32,000 bases of DNA, from assembly GCF_000195855.1 (NCBI RefSeq), contig NC_002677.1, positions 1,470,001-1,502,000 of the forward strand, given 5' to 3'. The notes beneath the pieces are model-generated. The model had not been told where the DNA came from and made no database searches. It saw only the letters and a list, made by a program, of their open reading frames with translations. The translations under genes were made by a program, and so were the position numbers. Every line of letters begins with the position of its first letter. The stretch's first letter is position 1. This stretch comes from Mycobacterium leprae TN (GTDB lineage Bacteria; Actinomycetota; Actinomycetes; Mycobacteriales; Mycobacteriaceae). Shown here in pieces: positions 10,811 through 20,898 of the stretch.

Positions 10811-11447
10811 ATCGACCAACATGCGACCTTCACCGGTCGCGTCGAACTGGAACGGGAAACCACCTCCTGGGTGCACTAGTACAACACGATCGAGACTCCA
10901 CCTCATCAATATCAATCCAATACCGACCACCAGTCGCATACGAACAGCGCTACCAGCAGACAGCCACCCCGACCGAAGTGACATGAACCAATAATCTCCG
11001 ACAGCTCCAGAACAGTTCAAGATGCGTCCAAGATTGCCTTCTCGGTTTTTGGAGTTAAGCCGATCTCGGTAGTGGCAGCCATCGCTAATCCCTTGCTGCC
11101 GTGGTTGGCCGTTACTGGCCATATTGTGCACCACGGCGGTGACAACTTGTCAGCTGTTCTTTCCCAGCATGTTGGCGCGTCAAGCTCGGACAAGTCGTCA
11201 GCGACCTTGCCTCCGCAGTCTGTACCGGCTTGACCTGTGGCAACAACAATGCACAGAGAATGCATGTGGGCATCTGCTGATCGCAAAACATCCTTTGAAC
11301 TGCGACGGAACAAGTGTGCTTGGCAGGATTTGACCCTGTAGTCGTCGGATGAGGAGGGTAGCACCCTGCATCATGAAACAGAAGGCTTGTTGCTATATAA
11401 GTGCTACACGCTGGACTACTTTGGACAGGAAAATCTGCTCTGACCAG

Positions 11448-11521
11448 TGCCCCCGGCACGACTCGAACGTGCGACCTAGGGATTAGAAGGCCCTTGCTCT
11501 ATCCACCTGAGCTACGGAGGC
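11448..11521 (-). tRNA. tRNA-Arg (anticodon TCT)
   Basis: Reverse complement folds as a cloverleaf: acceptor GCCTCCG/CGGGGGC, D-arm GCTC-AGGTGGATA-GAGC, anticodon loop CTTCTAA, T-arm GCACG-TTCGAGT-CGTGC, discriminator A. Total 74 nt. Confidence 0.9.
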
Positions 11522-11769
11522 AGTGCGCAGTTCAGTTTATCCAATGGGGATAGTCAATCGGTTTCGCCTGCTTAACGCACACGAATTATTTTCCTCGCCG
11601 CGGTTACCATAATGGGGTGTGCTTCGATACACGTACAACAACTGGTGGTAGTCATCGATAACCGCAGTAATGCGTGTGCCTGATGTCTAAATTGTGGTGG
11701 CGTTGTATTGGGCGTAGCGATTAGCGTGACTTCGGAATGCTCGTAGGCTGCAGCCCGGGTGCTGTGACA

Positions 11770-12690
11770 CGAGGCTCAGCTGGCGGCCGATGTCTGATAT
11801 CCTGTCACTTGTTGCTTTGCCCTTAGCCCGTCGCGGTGAGCTGGCTGGCCATGAGTTTCCCGCAGTGCGTGACCGGGCCTGCGCTGTCATGGCTATACGT
11901 CTGTTGCGACGACGTGGCCTTTGCAGTGCGCGGGTCACACATTTAACTGCTGTACTCGAGGAGTCCTTCGGGATGGGCTTCCGCATATCTGGTGTGTAGC
12001 CCGATTAGCGATTCGTCGGCGTGTCCGCGCTGCGACGGCTGTTGCAGATGGCTGGGCCGCACTGCTGGTAAGCGGCACACAGCTCCCGACCTCTTCTGCG
12101 GTTCGGACCGGTAGCGAAAATCTGTTCGACATTTGGTGGCGTCATGTCTCCCCCGCAAGTGGGAAGGACTCCCAGACGTCTGTCTGGCTGTCAGGAGCCG
12201 GTGTTGGTACAGGTTCTTCGTGTGGCATTGGTCTATCAACATCAAACGGGGGCAAGCCTATTCATTGCCGAACAGGGGGATGGAACTTAGCGGGATTTGT
12301 GTCTTGGTCAACGGACAGCAAGGGTTCGCGCTTTGTTTGGCCGGCTCACATCTTCGATTGAAAAGGTTATCGCGTGGGTACGCGATAACATTGCTGACTG
12401 CCGCCGCCGACTCCGAGCGGTTCAACGCGGCTGCGCCGATCTCGTACACGCAAAGCGAGGCTTCGTCGTGTTTGATGCTGCACGGTGAGGAAAAAAATCC
12501 TTTGGCTCCGAGCGCGAAGGCTCACGCCTTCTGCGCGGCGCTGCTCACGGTTGGAGTCCGCACGGGCCCTTGTCGGCATCCCCGACGAGACTGAACCGGG
12601 TGGCCGCAATTCTGACGAATCCGCCAACCCGGCTGCCCATTATGGAGTTTCGTATGCCAGCATTCCAACATCCACGCAATGAGCGACCTG
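11770..12690 (+). pseudogene. Decayed alpha/beta-hydrolase esterase/lipase (lipQ-like); 5' boundary uncertain
   Basis: 'GGKPIHCRTGG', 'SRFVWPAHIFD' + 'IEKVIAWVRDNIAD' (compare RWPAHxVDxKRAIAWVRxNIA in mycobacterial esterases), then 'SCLMLHGEEKNPLAPSAKAHAFCAALLTV' (compare FFVLHGxxDxLVPxxxARAFxxAL). Lies immediately upstream of the WS/DGAT gene, as lipQ (Rv2485c) does before Rv2484c. Confidence 0.55.
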
Positions 12691-12816
12691 TATCTGCAGT
12701 TGGCTTTCACCAGCGGGTGAACCCGACTAGCGTTGGGTAGGCAATTAGGTGGGGGGACTGAGTGCAGGAGGCGTGGTTGGCGGTGACAACGTACTGGTGG
12801 GCGTGGGGTCGTTCTG

Positions 12817-14292
12817 ATGGCTGACTCCGTCGAGGGCATTGGACCGTTCGATGAACTGGGAGCGCTCGACTATCTGCTGCATCGGGGTGAGGCAAATCCA
12901 CGGACCCGCGCCGGGATCATGGCGGTGGAACTTTTGGATACCACACCGGACTGGAATCGGTTCCGGAGCCGGATCGAGGATGTCTCCCAACGAGTGTTGC
13001 GGCTGCGGCAGAAGGTTGTAGTACCGACATTGCCTACCGCCGCACCACGCTGGGTGGTGGATCCCGACTTCGAACTGGACTTTCATGTGCGTCGGGTGCG
13101 CGTGCCTGATCCGGGTACGTTGCGCGAGGTATTCGATCTTGCCGAGGTGATTCAGCAGTCACCGATGGACGTGTCGCGGCCACTGTGGACGGCTACCTTG
13201 GTCGAGGGCCTGGCCGCTGGCAGGGCTGCGATGCTATTGCAGATTAGCCATGCGATCACCGACGGTGTCGGCAGTGTCGAGATGTTCGCCGAAATGTATG
13301 ACTTAGAAAGAGATCCGCCGTCTAGACCTCGGTCCCCGCAACCTATTCCGCAGGATCTGTCGCGCAATGACTTAATGCTACAAGGCATCAACCACTTGCC
13401 GGTCGCCCTGGCAGGCGGTGTCGTGGGTGGGCTATCTGGGGTGGCGTCGGTGGCTGGGCGGGCAATTCTACGACCTGCTTCGACTGTATCAGGAGTCGTC
13501 GGTTACGTCCGGTCGGGGATCAGAGTGTTGAGCCAGGCTGCCGAACCGTCCCCGTTGCTGCGCCAGCGCAGCCTGGCTACTCGCACCGAGGCAATAGAGA
13601 TCCAGCTCTCCGACCTGCACAAGGCTGCGAAAGCGGGCGATGGGTCGATTAATGACGCTTATCTGGCCGGCTTGGTTGGTGCCTTGCGCCGCTACCATGA
13701 GGCACTTGGTGTGTCGATCAGCACGCTGCCGATGGCGGTGCCGGTAAACGTACGGACTGAAGCCGATGTGGTTGGAAGCAACCGATTTGTTGGCGTTACC
13801 TTGGCGGCACCGCTCGGTACCAATGATCCGGCAGCCCGGATGCAGAAGATTCGTTCGCAGATGACGCAGCGGCGCGACGAGCCTGCAATGAACATCATTG
13901 GTTCCCTCGCACCGTTGATGACAGTACTACCGGCATCGGTGCTAGATTTTATCGTTGACTCTGTGGCCAGCTCCGATGTGAATGCCAGTAATATTCCGGC
14001 CTACCCCGGGGACACCTACTTCGCGGGTGCAAAAATCTTGCGGCAGTATGGTATAGGACCTCGCCCTGGTGTAGCGATGATGGCGGTGCTGATGTCTCGA
14101 GGCGGGTTCTGCACGGTCACTGTGCGATACGATCGGGCTTCGGTGAAAAGCGAGGCATTGTTTGCCCGGTGCCTGCTGGAGGGTTTCGACGAGGTCCTGG
14201 CGTTGGCCGGTGACCCGACACCGCACGCTGTGCCGGCATCGTTTGCTGCGCGGTCCTCCGGTTCGCCGGCGGGATGGTTGTCGAGCTCATGA
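12817..14292 (+). CDS. WS/DGAT-family acyltransferase (wax ester synthase/diacylglycerol acyltransferase; Rv2484c-like)
   Basis: Intact 491-aa ORF: N-terminal 'MADSVEGIGPFDELGALDYLLHRGEANPRTRAG', catalytic-region motif 'QISHAITDGVGSVEM', 'LAGLVGALRRYHEALG', 'VTVRYDRASV'. Confidence 0.9.
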   Translation: MADSVEGIGPFDELGALDYLLHRGEANPRTRAGIMAVELLDTTPDWNRFRSRIEDVSQRVLRLRQKVVVPTLPTAAPRWVVDPDFELDFHVRRVRVPDPGTLREVFDLAEVIQQSPMDVSRPLWTATLVEGLAAGRAAMLLQISHAITDGVGSVEMFAEMYDLERDPPSRPRSPQPIPQDLSRNDLMLQGINHLPVALAGGVVGGLSGVASVAGRAILRPASTVSGVVGYVRSGIRVLSQAAEPSPLLRQRSLATRTEAIEIQLSDLHKAAKAGDGSINDAYLAGLVGALRRYHEALGVSISTLPMAVPVNVRTEADVVGSNRFVGVTLAAPLGTNDPAARMQKIRSQMTQRRDEPAMNIIGSLAPLMTVLPASVLDFIVDSVASSDVNASNIPAYPGDTYFAGAKILRQYGIGPRPGVAMMAVLMSRGGFCTVTVRYDRASVKSEALFARCLLEGFDEVLALAGDPTPHAVPASFAARSSGSPAGWLSSS

Positions 14293-16028
14293 GTGCCTTC
14301 GACGAGAACGGGACGCCCAAGTCAGGGCCGGAAGTGCGCTTGCCTGGTTCGGTCGCCGAGATCCTTGCCAGTCCTGCTGGTCCCCAGGTAGGGGCGTTTT
14401 TCGACTTGGATGGGACGCTGGTTGCCGGCTTTACCGCAGTCATCCTTACGCACGAGCGTCTGCGACGCTGTGATATGGGTGTGGGAGAATTGCTTTCAAT
14501 GATTCAGGCTGGTCTGAACCATACACTCGGGCGCATCGAGTTCGAGGACCTCATCGGTAAGGTTTCCTCGGCGTTGCGCGGACGGTTATTGACTGACTTG
14601 GAGGAGATCGGCGAGCGGCTGTTTGCCCAGCGCATCGAGTCTCGGATCTACCCTGAAATGCGTAAGCTGGTGCAGGCTCACGTGGCTCGCGGTCACACCG
14701 TGGTGCTCAGCTCGTCGGCCCTGACGATTCAAGTGGGGCCGGTCGCACGTTTTCTGGGTATTGCCCACATGCTCACCAACAAGTTTGAGATCAACGAAGA
14801 CGGAATGCTCACTGGTGGCGTGGTTAAACCGATCTTGTGGGGTCCGGGCAAAGCCGCTGCGGTACAACGATTTGCTGCTGAGCATGACATCGACCTCAAG
14901 GACAGCTACTTCTACGCTGATGGTGACGAGGACGTCGCGCTGATGTATCTAGTTGGCAATCCACGGCCGACTAACCCTGAAGGAAAAATGGCTGCCGTCG
15001 CCAAACGCCGTGGCTGGCCGATCTTGAAATTCAACAGCCGTGGCGGCGTTGGTATCGGAGCGCAGTTGCGAACACTGGTCGGCCTGAGTTCAGTGCTACC
15101 ACTCGTGGCCGGCGCGGTGGGAATCGGTGTGTTGACTGGTAGCCGTCGGCGGGGTGCCAACTTCTTCACCTCTGTCTTTCCCCCGTTGGTGCTCGCGGCC
15201 GCGGGGGTGCATCTCAATGTGATCGGGAACGAGAACCTGACCATGCAGCGTCCCGCCGTGTTCATCTATAACCATCGCAATCAGATTGACCCGCTCATCG
15301 CCGGTGCGCTAGTGCGTGGCAATTGGATTGCTGTGGCCAAGAAAGAATTGGCAAAGAATCCGATCATCCGCGCGCTCGGCAAATTAACCGACGGTGTGTT
15401 TATTGACCGGGACGATCCGGTCGGCGCGGTAGAGACGTTGCACGCGGTCGAAGACCGGGCCAGGAAGGGACTCTCGATTCTGATGGCCCCAGAAGGTACC
15501 CGATTAGATACCACAGAAGTCGGGCCGTTCAAGAAGGGGCCTTTCCGCATCGCGATGGCGGTCGGGATCCCGATTGTTCCGATTGTGTTCCGCAATGCGG
15601 AGATCGTCGCCGCTCGAAACTCCAATACGATTAATCCGGGCATGGTCGATGTCGCGGTTTTGCCGGCGATTCCGGTTGATGACTGGACTCTTGATGCGTT
15701 ATCGGAGCGCATTGCCGAGGTGCGTCAGCTGTATCTGGACATTCTGGCTGACTGGCCGGTCGACGAGCTGCCCAAGGCTGCTCTGTACACCCGGGCAACA
15801 AAGGCGACGGTGAAAAAGGCGGAGCCAAAAAAGGGCGGTCGCACTTCGGCCGCCAAGACCACCGCTAAGAAGACAGCGACCAAGGCCACGGCAGCTAAGA
15901 CTGCTAACACAGCTGTTACCAAAAGCATGTTGACGCCCCCCACGAGGATATCGGACAAAGAGAACCCGAAAGTACCTAAGGTCGTTTCCCAAGACCTCGT
16001 CGTGAAACAGCCCAGAGAGCGGTCGTGA
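14289..16028 (+). CDS. plsC: Bifunctional HAD-like phosphatase + 1-acylglycerol-3-phosphate O-acyltransferase (PlsC-like; Rv2483c-like)
   Basis: Long ORF (584 aa from ATG 14274; probable start ATG 14289 overlaps the upstream TGA as ATGA). HAD motif '[12 protein letters not shown]', '[21 protein letters not shown]'; PlsC motifs '[14 protein letters not shown]' and 'APEGTRLD...[11 protein letters not shown]'. Confidence 0.9.
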
Positions 16029-18352
16029 CTGAACCGGATGTAGAAATCAGCTCAGTCCTTACCGGTGAAGACACGCTGGTGCTAGCGTCTATGGACACTC
16101 CGGCGGAAATTGAGCTGGTCATGGATTGGCTATGCCAGCAGCGTAACCGCAACCCGGACATCAAGTTCGACGTATTGAAGCTTCCTTCGCGCAACTTAGC
16201 GCCCGCGGCGCTGACAGCACTTGTTGAACAGCTCGAATCCGACGAAGACCGGTCGGTCGTGCCGGTGCGTGTTTTCTGGATGCCGCCTGCGGAGCGCAGT
16301 AAGTTGGCCAAGCTGGCTGGATTGTTGCCCGGCCGGGATCCTTACCACCCCAACCGGCGCCAGCAGCGCCACATCTTAAAAACCGACGCCCGGCGTGCCC
16401 TGGTGATTGCTGGCGACTCTGCTAAAGTGTCCGAGCTCCGCCAATACTGGCGCGATACCACCGTTGGAGAAAACGAGTGCGATTTCGCTCAGTTCGTTAC
16501 TCGCCGCGCCATCTTGGCGATGGAACGTGCCGAGTCTCGAATCCTCGGACCACAGTACAAGTCTCCGCGGCTGGTGAAGCCAGAAATCTTGGCGTCAACG
16601 CGGTTTCGTGCTGGACTGGAAAAGATCTCGGGCGCAACCGTGGAAGAAGCTGGGAAGATGCTTGACGAACTCGCCACCGGGTGGAGCAGGGCGTCGGTTG
16701 ACCTCGTTTCCGTGCTCGGCAGGATGCTCAGCCGCGGCTTCGAACCTGAGATCGACTACGACGAGTATCAAGTCGCGGCGATGCGCGCGGCGTTGGAAGC
16801 TCATCCAGCGGTGCTGCTGTTCTCGCACCGGTCCTACATTGACGGTGCGGTGGTGCCGGTGGCGATGCAGGAGAATCGGCTACCACCGGTGCATGTGTTC
16901 GCCGGCATCAACCTGTCGTTCGGGTTAATGGGGCCACTGTTGCGCCGCTCCGGCGTCATTTTCATCCGCCGTAACATCGGCGACAATCCGCTCTACAAGT
17001 ATGTCTTGCGCGAATACGTCGGCTACATCGTGGAGAAGCGTTTCAACCTGAGCTGGTCCATTGAGGGCACTCGTTCGCGTACTGGCAAGATGCTGCCACC
17101 CAAGCTCGGTCTGCTCACCTACGTGGCCGATGCGTACCTGGACGGCCGGAGTGAAGACATCCTGTTGCAGCCGGTGTCGATCAGTTTCGATCAGTTGCAC
17201 GAAACCGCCGAGTACGCTGCCTATGCTCGTGGCGGCGAAAAGACGCCCGAAGGTGTCGCTTGGCTGTATAGTTTTATCAAGGCGCAAGGTGAACGTAACT
17301 ACGGTAAGATCTACGTCCGTTTCCCGGAAGCGGTCTCGATGCGGCAGTATCTCGGTGCGCCTCACGGTGCATTGGTTCAAGATCAAGACGCTAAACGGCT
17401 TGCGCTCCAAAAGATGTCGTTCGAAGTTGCATGGCGGATTCTGTGTGCGACGCCAGTGACGGCGACAGCGTTGGTTTCCGCGCTGCTATTGACCACTCGT
17501 GGAGTGGCCTTGACGCTTGATCAACTGCATCACACGTTGCAAGAATCACTGGATTACCTGGAACGCAAGCAAACTCCTGTGTCGAAGAGTGCGTTGCGGC
17601 TGCGTTCGCGTGAAGGCGTGCGTGCTGCGGTCGACGCATTGTCCAGCGGGCACCCGATCACTCGGGTTGACAGCGGTCGGGAACCGGTGTGGTATATTAC
17701 CCCCGGTAATGAACATGCTGCGGCATTCTACCGGAACTCGGTGATACACGCCTTCCTGGAGACCTCGATAGTCGAACTCGCGTTGGCGCATGCCAGGCAT
17801 GTCGAAGGCGACCGTATGAAGGTTTTCTGGGCGCAGGCGATGAGGCTGCGTGATCTCTTGAAGTTCGATTTTTATTTCGCGGATTCGGCTGCTTTTCGTG
17901 CCAATATCGCCGAAGAGATAGCGTGGCACCAGAATTGGGAGGATCGTGTTTCCGGTGATGGTGATGATATCGACGCGATGCTGCTTACTAAGCGACCGTT
18001 GATCTCAGATGCGATGTTGCGGGTATTTTTTGAAGCGTACGATATTGTCGCTGATGTGTTGCGCGATGCTCCGGCGGATGTTGGCCAAAAGGAACTGACT
18101 GAATTGGCACTTGGTGTCGGACGCCAGTACGTGGCACAGGGTCGGGTCCGTAGCGGTGAATCGGTGTCTACGCTACTATTCGCCACCGCTTACCAGGTTG
18201 TTGTCGATCAGAATCTGATAGCGCCAGCTCCGGATCTCGCTGAACGTCGGATGGTTTTCCGGCGGGAGTTGCGGGATATTCGGCGAGATTTCGACTACGT
18301 CGAACAAATCGCGCGCAGCCGGTTCATCGTCCGTGAGTTCAAATCGCGTTAG
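16025..18352 (+). CDS. plsB2: Glycerol-3-phosphate acyltransferase (PlsB2-like)
   Basis: Intact 775-aa ORF starting GTG inside the upstream stop (GTGA). Motifs '[15 protein letters not shown]', '[16 protein letters not shown]', '[23 protein letters not shown]'. Confidence 0.92.
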
Positions 18353-18600
18353 TGACGCTTGTACCGTTCAGTGGCCAAGCTATCGGTCCATACCCAGGGT
18401 AGCTGACGGTTGCTCGCTTTGCTGGCAAGCTCGGGTGTGTCCTTAACTGACTGGTGTCGCAGCGTTAATAAGGTCGTACGGCGACTCATCGCCAACCGTC
18501 GGGATCGCTCGTCACTCGCGGACTGATCCCCAGTCACGGTTCTTTGCACGGGGTCAGCGGGGGTGGGCTCGTGTTGTTCCTAATTTGTCGGTAGTTCCGC

Positions 18601-18636
18601 GCTGAATGGTCATTGGAAGCTGAATGGTCATTGGAA
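18601..18636 (+). repeat. Perfect tandem duplication, 18-bp unit x2 (gctgaatggtcattggaa)
   Basis: Two adjacent identical copies at 18601-18618 and 18619-18636, read directly. Confidence 0.95.
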
Positions 18637-18697
18637 AGGGGCCAACACGTCACGACTCAAAGACGACAACAGAGCAAGCAACGAAGGGAATGCGTCA

Positions 18698-19160
18698 GTG
18701 TTCGGAACGCCGTTAACTGTAGTCGGTTACATCGTCAACGACCTGCAACGCTGCAAGGTGGGCGATCAGGAGGTGGTCAAGTGTCGGGTGGTCAGCAGTT
18801 CTCGTCGTCGCATCGGTGATCGTGGTGGGTCACGTCTATACCAGCGAGTACGGGACCGGCACGGCTTATCGTTCGTCGTTGGAGATGCGGGCAACTCCTC
18901 CGGTCGGCCCGGATTTGTCGCGGGTGATTGTACGCATCGAGAAGCCTGGATAAAAACCGGTCCGGACGTGGATTCGATTCCCACAGCCGCCGATGCTGTT
19001 ACCCGAGCTCCTGACGGGAATCCAGCCTCCAGGTCCGGCTGGTCGCCGCTACTGGGCTCGACGCATTACCCATGTCACCGATGTTGGTTTAGGAGTCGAA
19101 TTGCGGCTGTGGCGCGATGCCTAGGATGGGCGCTAGTAACTTTGCAGACTAGAAAGGCAA
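18698..19160 (+). pseudogene. Decayed single-stranded DNA-binding-like protein (Rv2478c-like)
   Basis: 'MFGTPLTVVGYIVNDLQRCKVGDQEVVKCRVVSSSRRRIGDRGG' is an OB-fold SSB N-terminus. Later frames give 'TSEYGTGTA' and 'ASRSLDKN..', with no continuous frame. Sits just upstream of the ABC-F gene, matching Rv2478c-Rv2477c order. Confidence 0.75.
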
Positions 19161-19169
19161 TACGGGGGC

Positions 19170-20840
19170 ATGGCTGAGTTCATCTACACGATGAAAAAGG
19201 TTCGTAAGGCGCACGGCGACAAGGTAATCCTTGACGACGTTACGCTGAACTTCTTCCCTGGAGCCAAGATCGGTGTCGTCGGCCCGAATGGTGCCGGTAA
19301 GTCGAGCGTCTTGCGGATCATGGCCGGTATGGACAAGCCGAACAACGGTGACGCGTTCCTGGCTACCGGCGCTAGTGTCGGCATTCTGCAACAGGAACCG
19401 CCGTTGAACGAGGAGAAGACGGTTCGTGGCAATGTGGAAGAGGGCTTGGGCGACATCAAGATCAAGCTTGACCGCTTCAGTGAGGTCGCCGAATTGATGG
19501 CCACCGACTCCTCCAGCGAGTTAATGGAAGAGATGGGCCGGCTGCAAGAGGAACTGGACCACGCCGACGCGTGGGACCTTGACTCGCAACTGGAGCAGGC
19601 CATGGACGTGCTGCGCTGCCCACCGCCCGACGAACCGGTGACAAACCTGTCCGGTGGTGAGCGGCGTCGTGTGGCGCTGTGCAAGCTATTGCTGTCCAAA
19701 CCTGACTTGTTGCTGCTCGACGAGCCGACCAACCATCTAGACGCCGAAAGCGTGCAGTGGCTCGAACAGCATCTTGCTGGTTACGCTGGTGCGGTTTTGG
19801 CGGTCACCCACGACCGCTACTTCCTGGACAACGTTGCCGAATGGATCCTGGAACTGGACCGTGGCCGCGCATATCCCTATGAAGGTAACTACTCTACTTA
19901 CCTTGAGAAAAAGGCTGAGCGACTGACTACACAGGGTCGCAAGGACGCCAAGCTACAGAAGCGATTGACTGACGAGCTGGCCTGGGTGAGGTCCGGAGCT
20001 AAAGCACGTCAAGCCAAAAGCAAGGCGCGTTTGCAGCGCTACGAGGAAATGGCTGCCGAAGCTGAAAAGAATCGTAAATTCGATTTCGAAGAAATTCAAA
20101 TCCCAGTCGGACCACGCCTGGGCAACATGGTGGTCGAGGTCGAACACCTCGACAAAGGTTACGGCGGACGCACCCTAATCAAGGACTTATCCTTCACGTT
20201 GCCCCGTAACGGCATTGTCGGCATCATCGGCCCCAACGGGGTTGGCAAGACCACACTTTTTAAAACCATCGTGGGGCTCGAGCAGCCGGACGGCGGTGCT
20301 GTCAAGATTGGCGAAACCGTCAAGCTGAGCTACGTGGATCAGACCCGCGCGGGTATCGATCCGAAGAAGATCGTGTGGGAAGTGGTCTCAGATGGGTTGG
20401 ACCACATTCAGGTCGGCCAAACCGAGGTCTCGTCGCGGGCCTATGTTTCGGCGTTCGGATTCAAGGGTCCCGATCAACAGAAGCTGGCCGGGGTGCTCTC
20501 CGGTGGTGAGCGAAACCGGCTGAACCTTGCGCTGACGCTTAAGCAGGGCGGCAATCTCATCCTGCTTGATGAGCCGACCAACGACCTCGATGTCGAGACC
20601 TTGGGTTCGCTGGAGAACGCGTTGGTGAATTTCCCCGGTTGTGCGGTGGTGATTTCGCACGATCGCTGGTTCCTCGATCGCACGTGCACGCACATCTTGG
20701 CATGGGAAGGCGACGACGAGGGGAAGTGGTTCTGGTTCGAGGGAAACTTCGGTGCCTATGAGGAAAACAAGGTGGAACGGCTCGGTGCTGAAGCTGCGCG
20801 TCCGCACAGGGTGACTCACCGTAAGTTGACGCGCGACTAA
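19170..20840 (+). CDS. ettA: ABC-F family ATPase, EttA-like energy-dependent translational throttle protein (Rv2477c-like)
   Basis: Intact 556-aa ORF with two ABC domains: '[16 protein letters not shown]', '[43 protein letters not shown]', '[16 protein letters not shown]', '[40 protein letters not shown]'. Confidence 0.95.
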   Translation: MAEFIYTMKKVRKAHGDKVILDDVTLNFFPGAKIGVVGPNGAGKSSVLRIMAGMDKPNNGDAFLATGASVGILQQEPPLNEEKTVRGNVEEGLGDIKIKLDRFSEVAELMATDSSSELMEEMGRLQEELDHADAWDLDSQLEQAMDVLRCPPPDEPVTNLSGGERRRVALCKLLLSKPDLLLLDEPTNHLDAESVQWLEQHLAGYAGAVLAVTHDRYFLDNVAEWILELDRGRAYPYEGNYSTYLEKKAERLTTQGRKDAKLQKRLTDELAWVRSGAKARQAKSKARLQRYEEMAAEAEKNRKFDFEEIQIPVGPRLGNMVVEVEHLDKGYGGRTLIKDLSFTLPRNGIVGIIGPNGVGKTTLFKTIVGLEQPDGGAVKIGETVKLSYVDQTRAGIDPKKIVWEVVSDGLDHIQVGQTEVSSRAYVSAFGFKGPDQQKLAGVLSGGERNRLNLALTLKQGGNLILLDEPTNDLDVETLGSLENALVNFPGCAVVISHDRWFLDRTCTHILAWEGDDEGKWFWFEGNFGAYEENKVERLGAEAARPHRVTHRKLTRD

Positions 20841-20898
20841 TGTCAGCTTCACTAGCGTTGGTATCCCGGGGGTTCAGAGTGGGTTGGGAGCAAACGGC

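Noticed and set aside
14162-16311. Antisense and alternate-frame ORFs (103-143 aa) across plsC and the plsB2 start
   Set aside because: They overlap long, motif-supported genes, and their compositions look like frame shadows.
18900-19000. tRNA/tmRNA-like tail 'gtggattcgattcccac' near 18970
   Set aside because: The T-arm-like pairing is imperfect and no acceptor, D or anticodon arms match. The DNA is explained as part of the SSB-like pseudogene.
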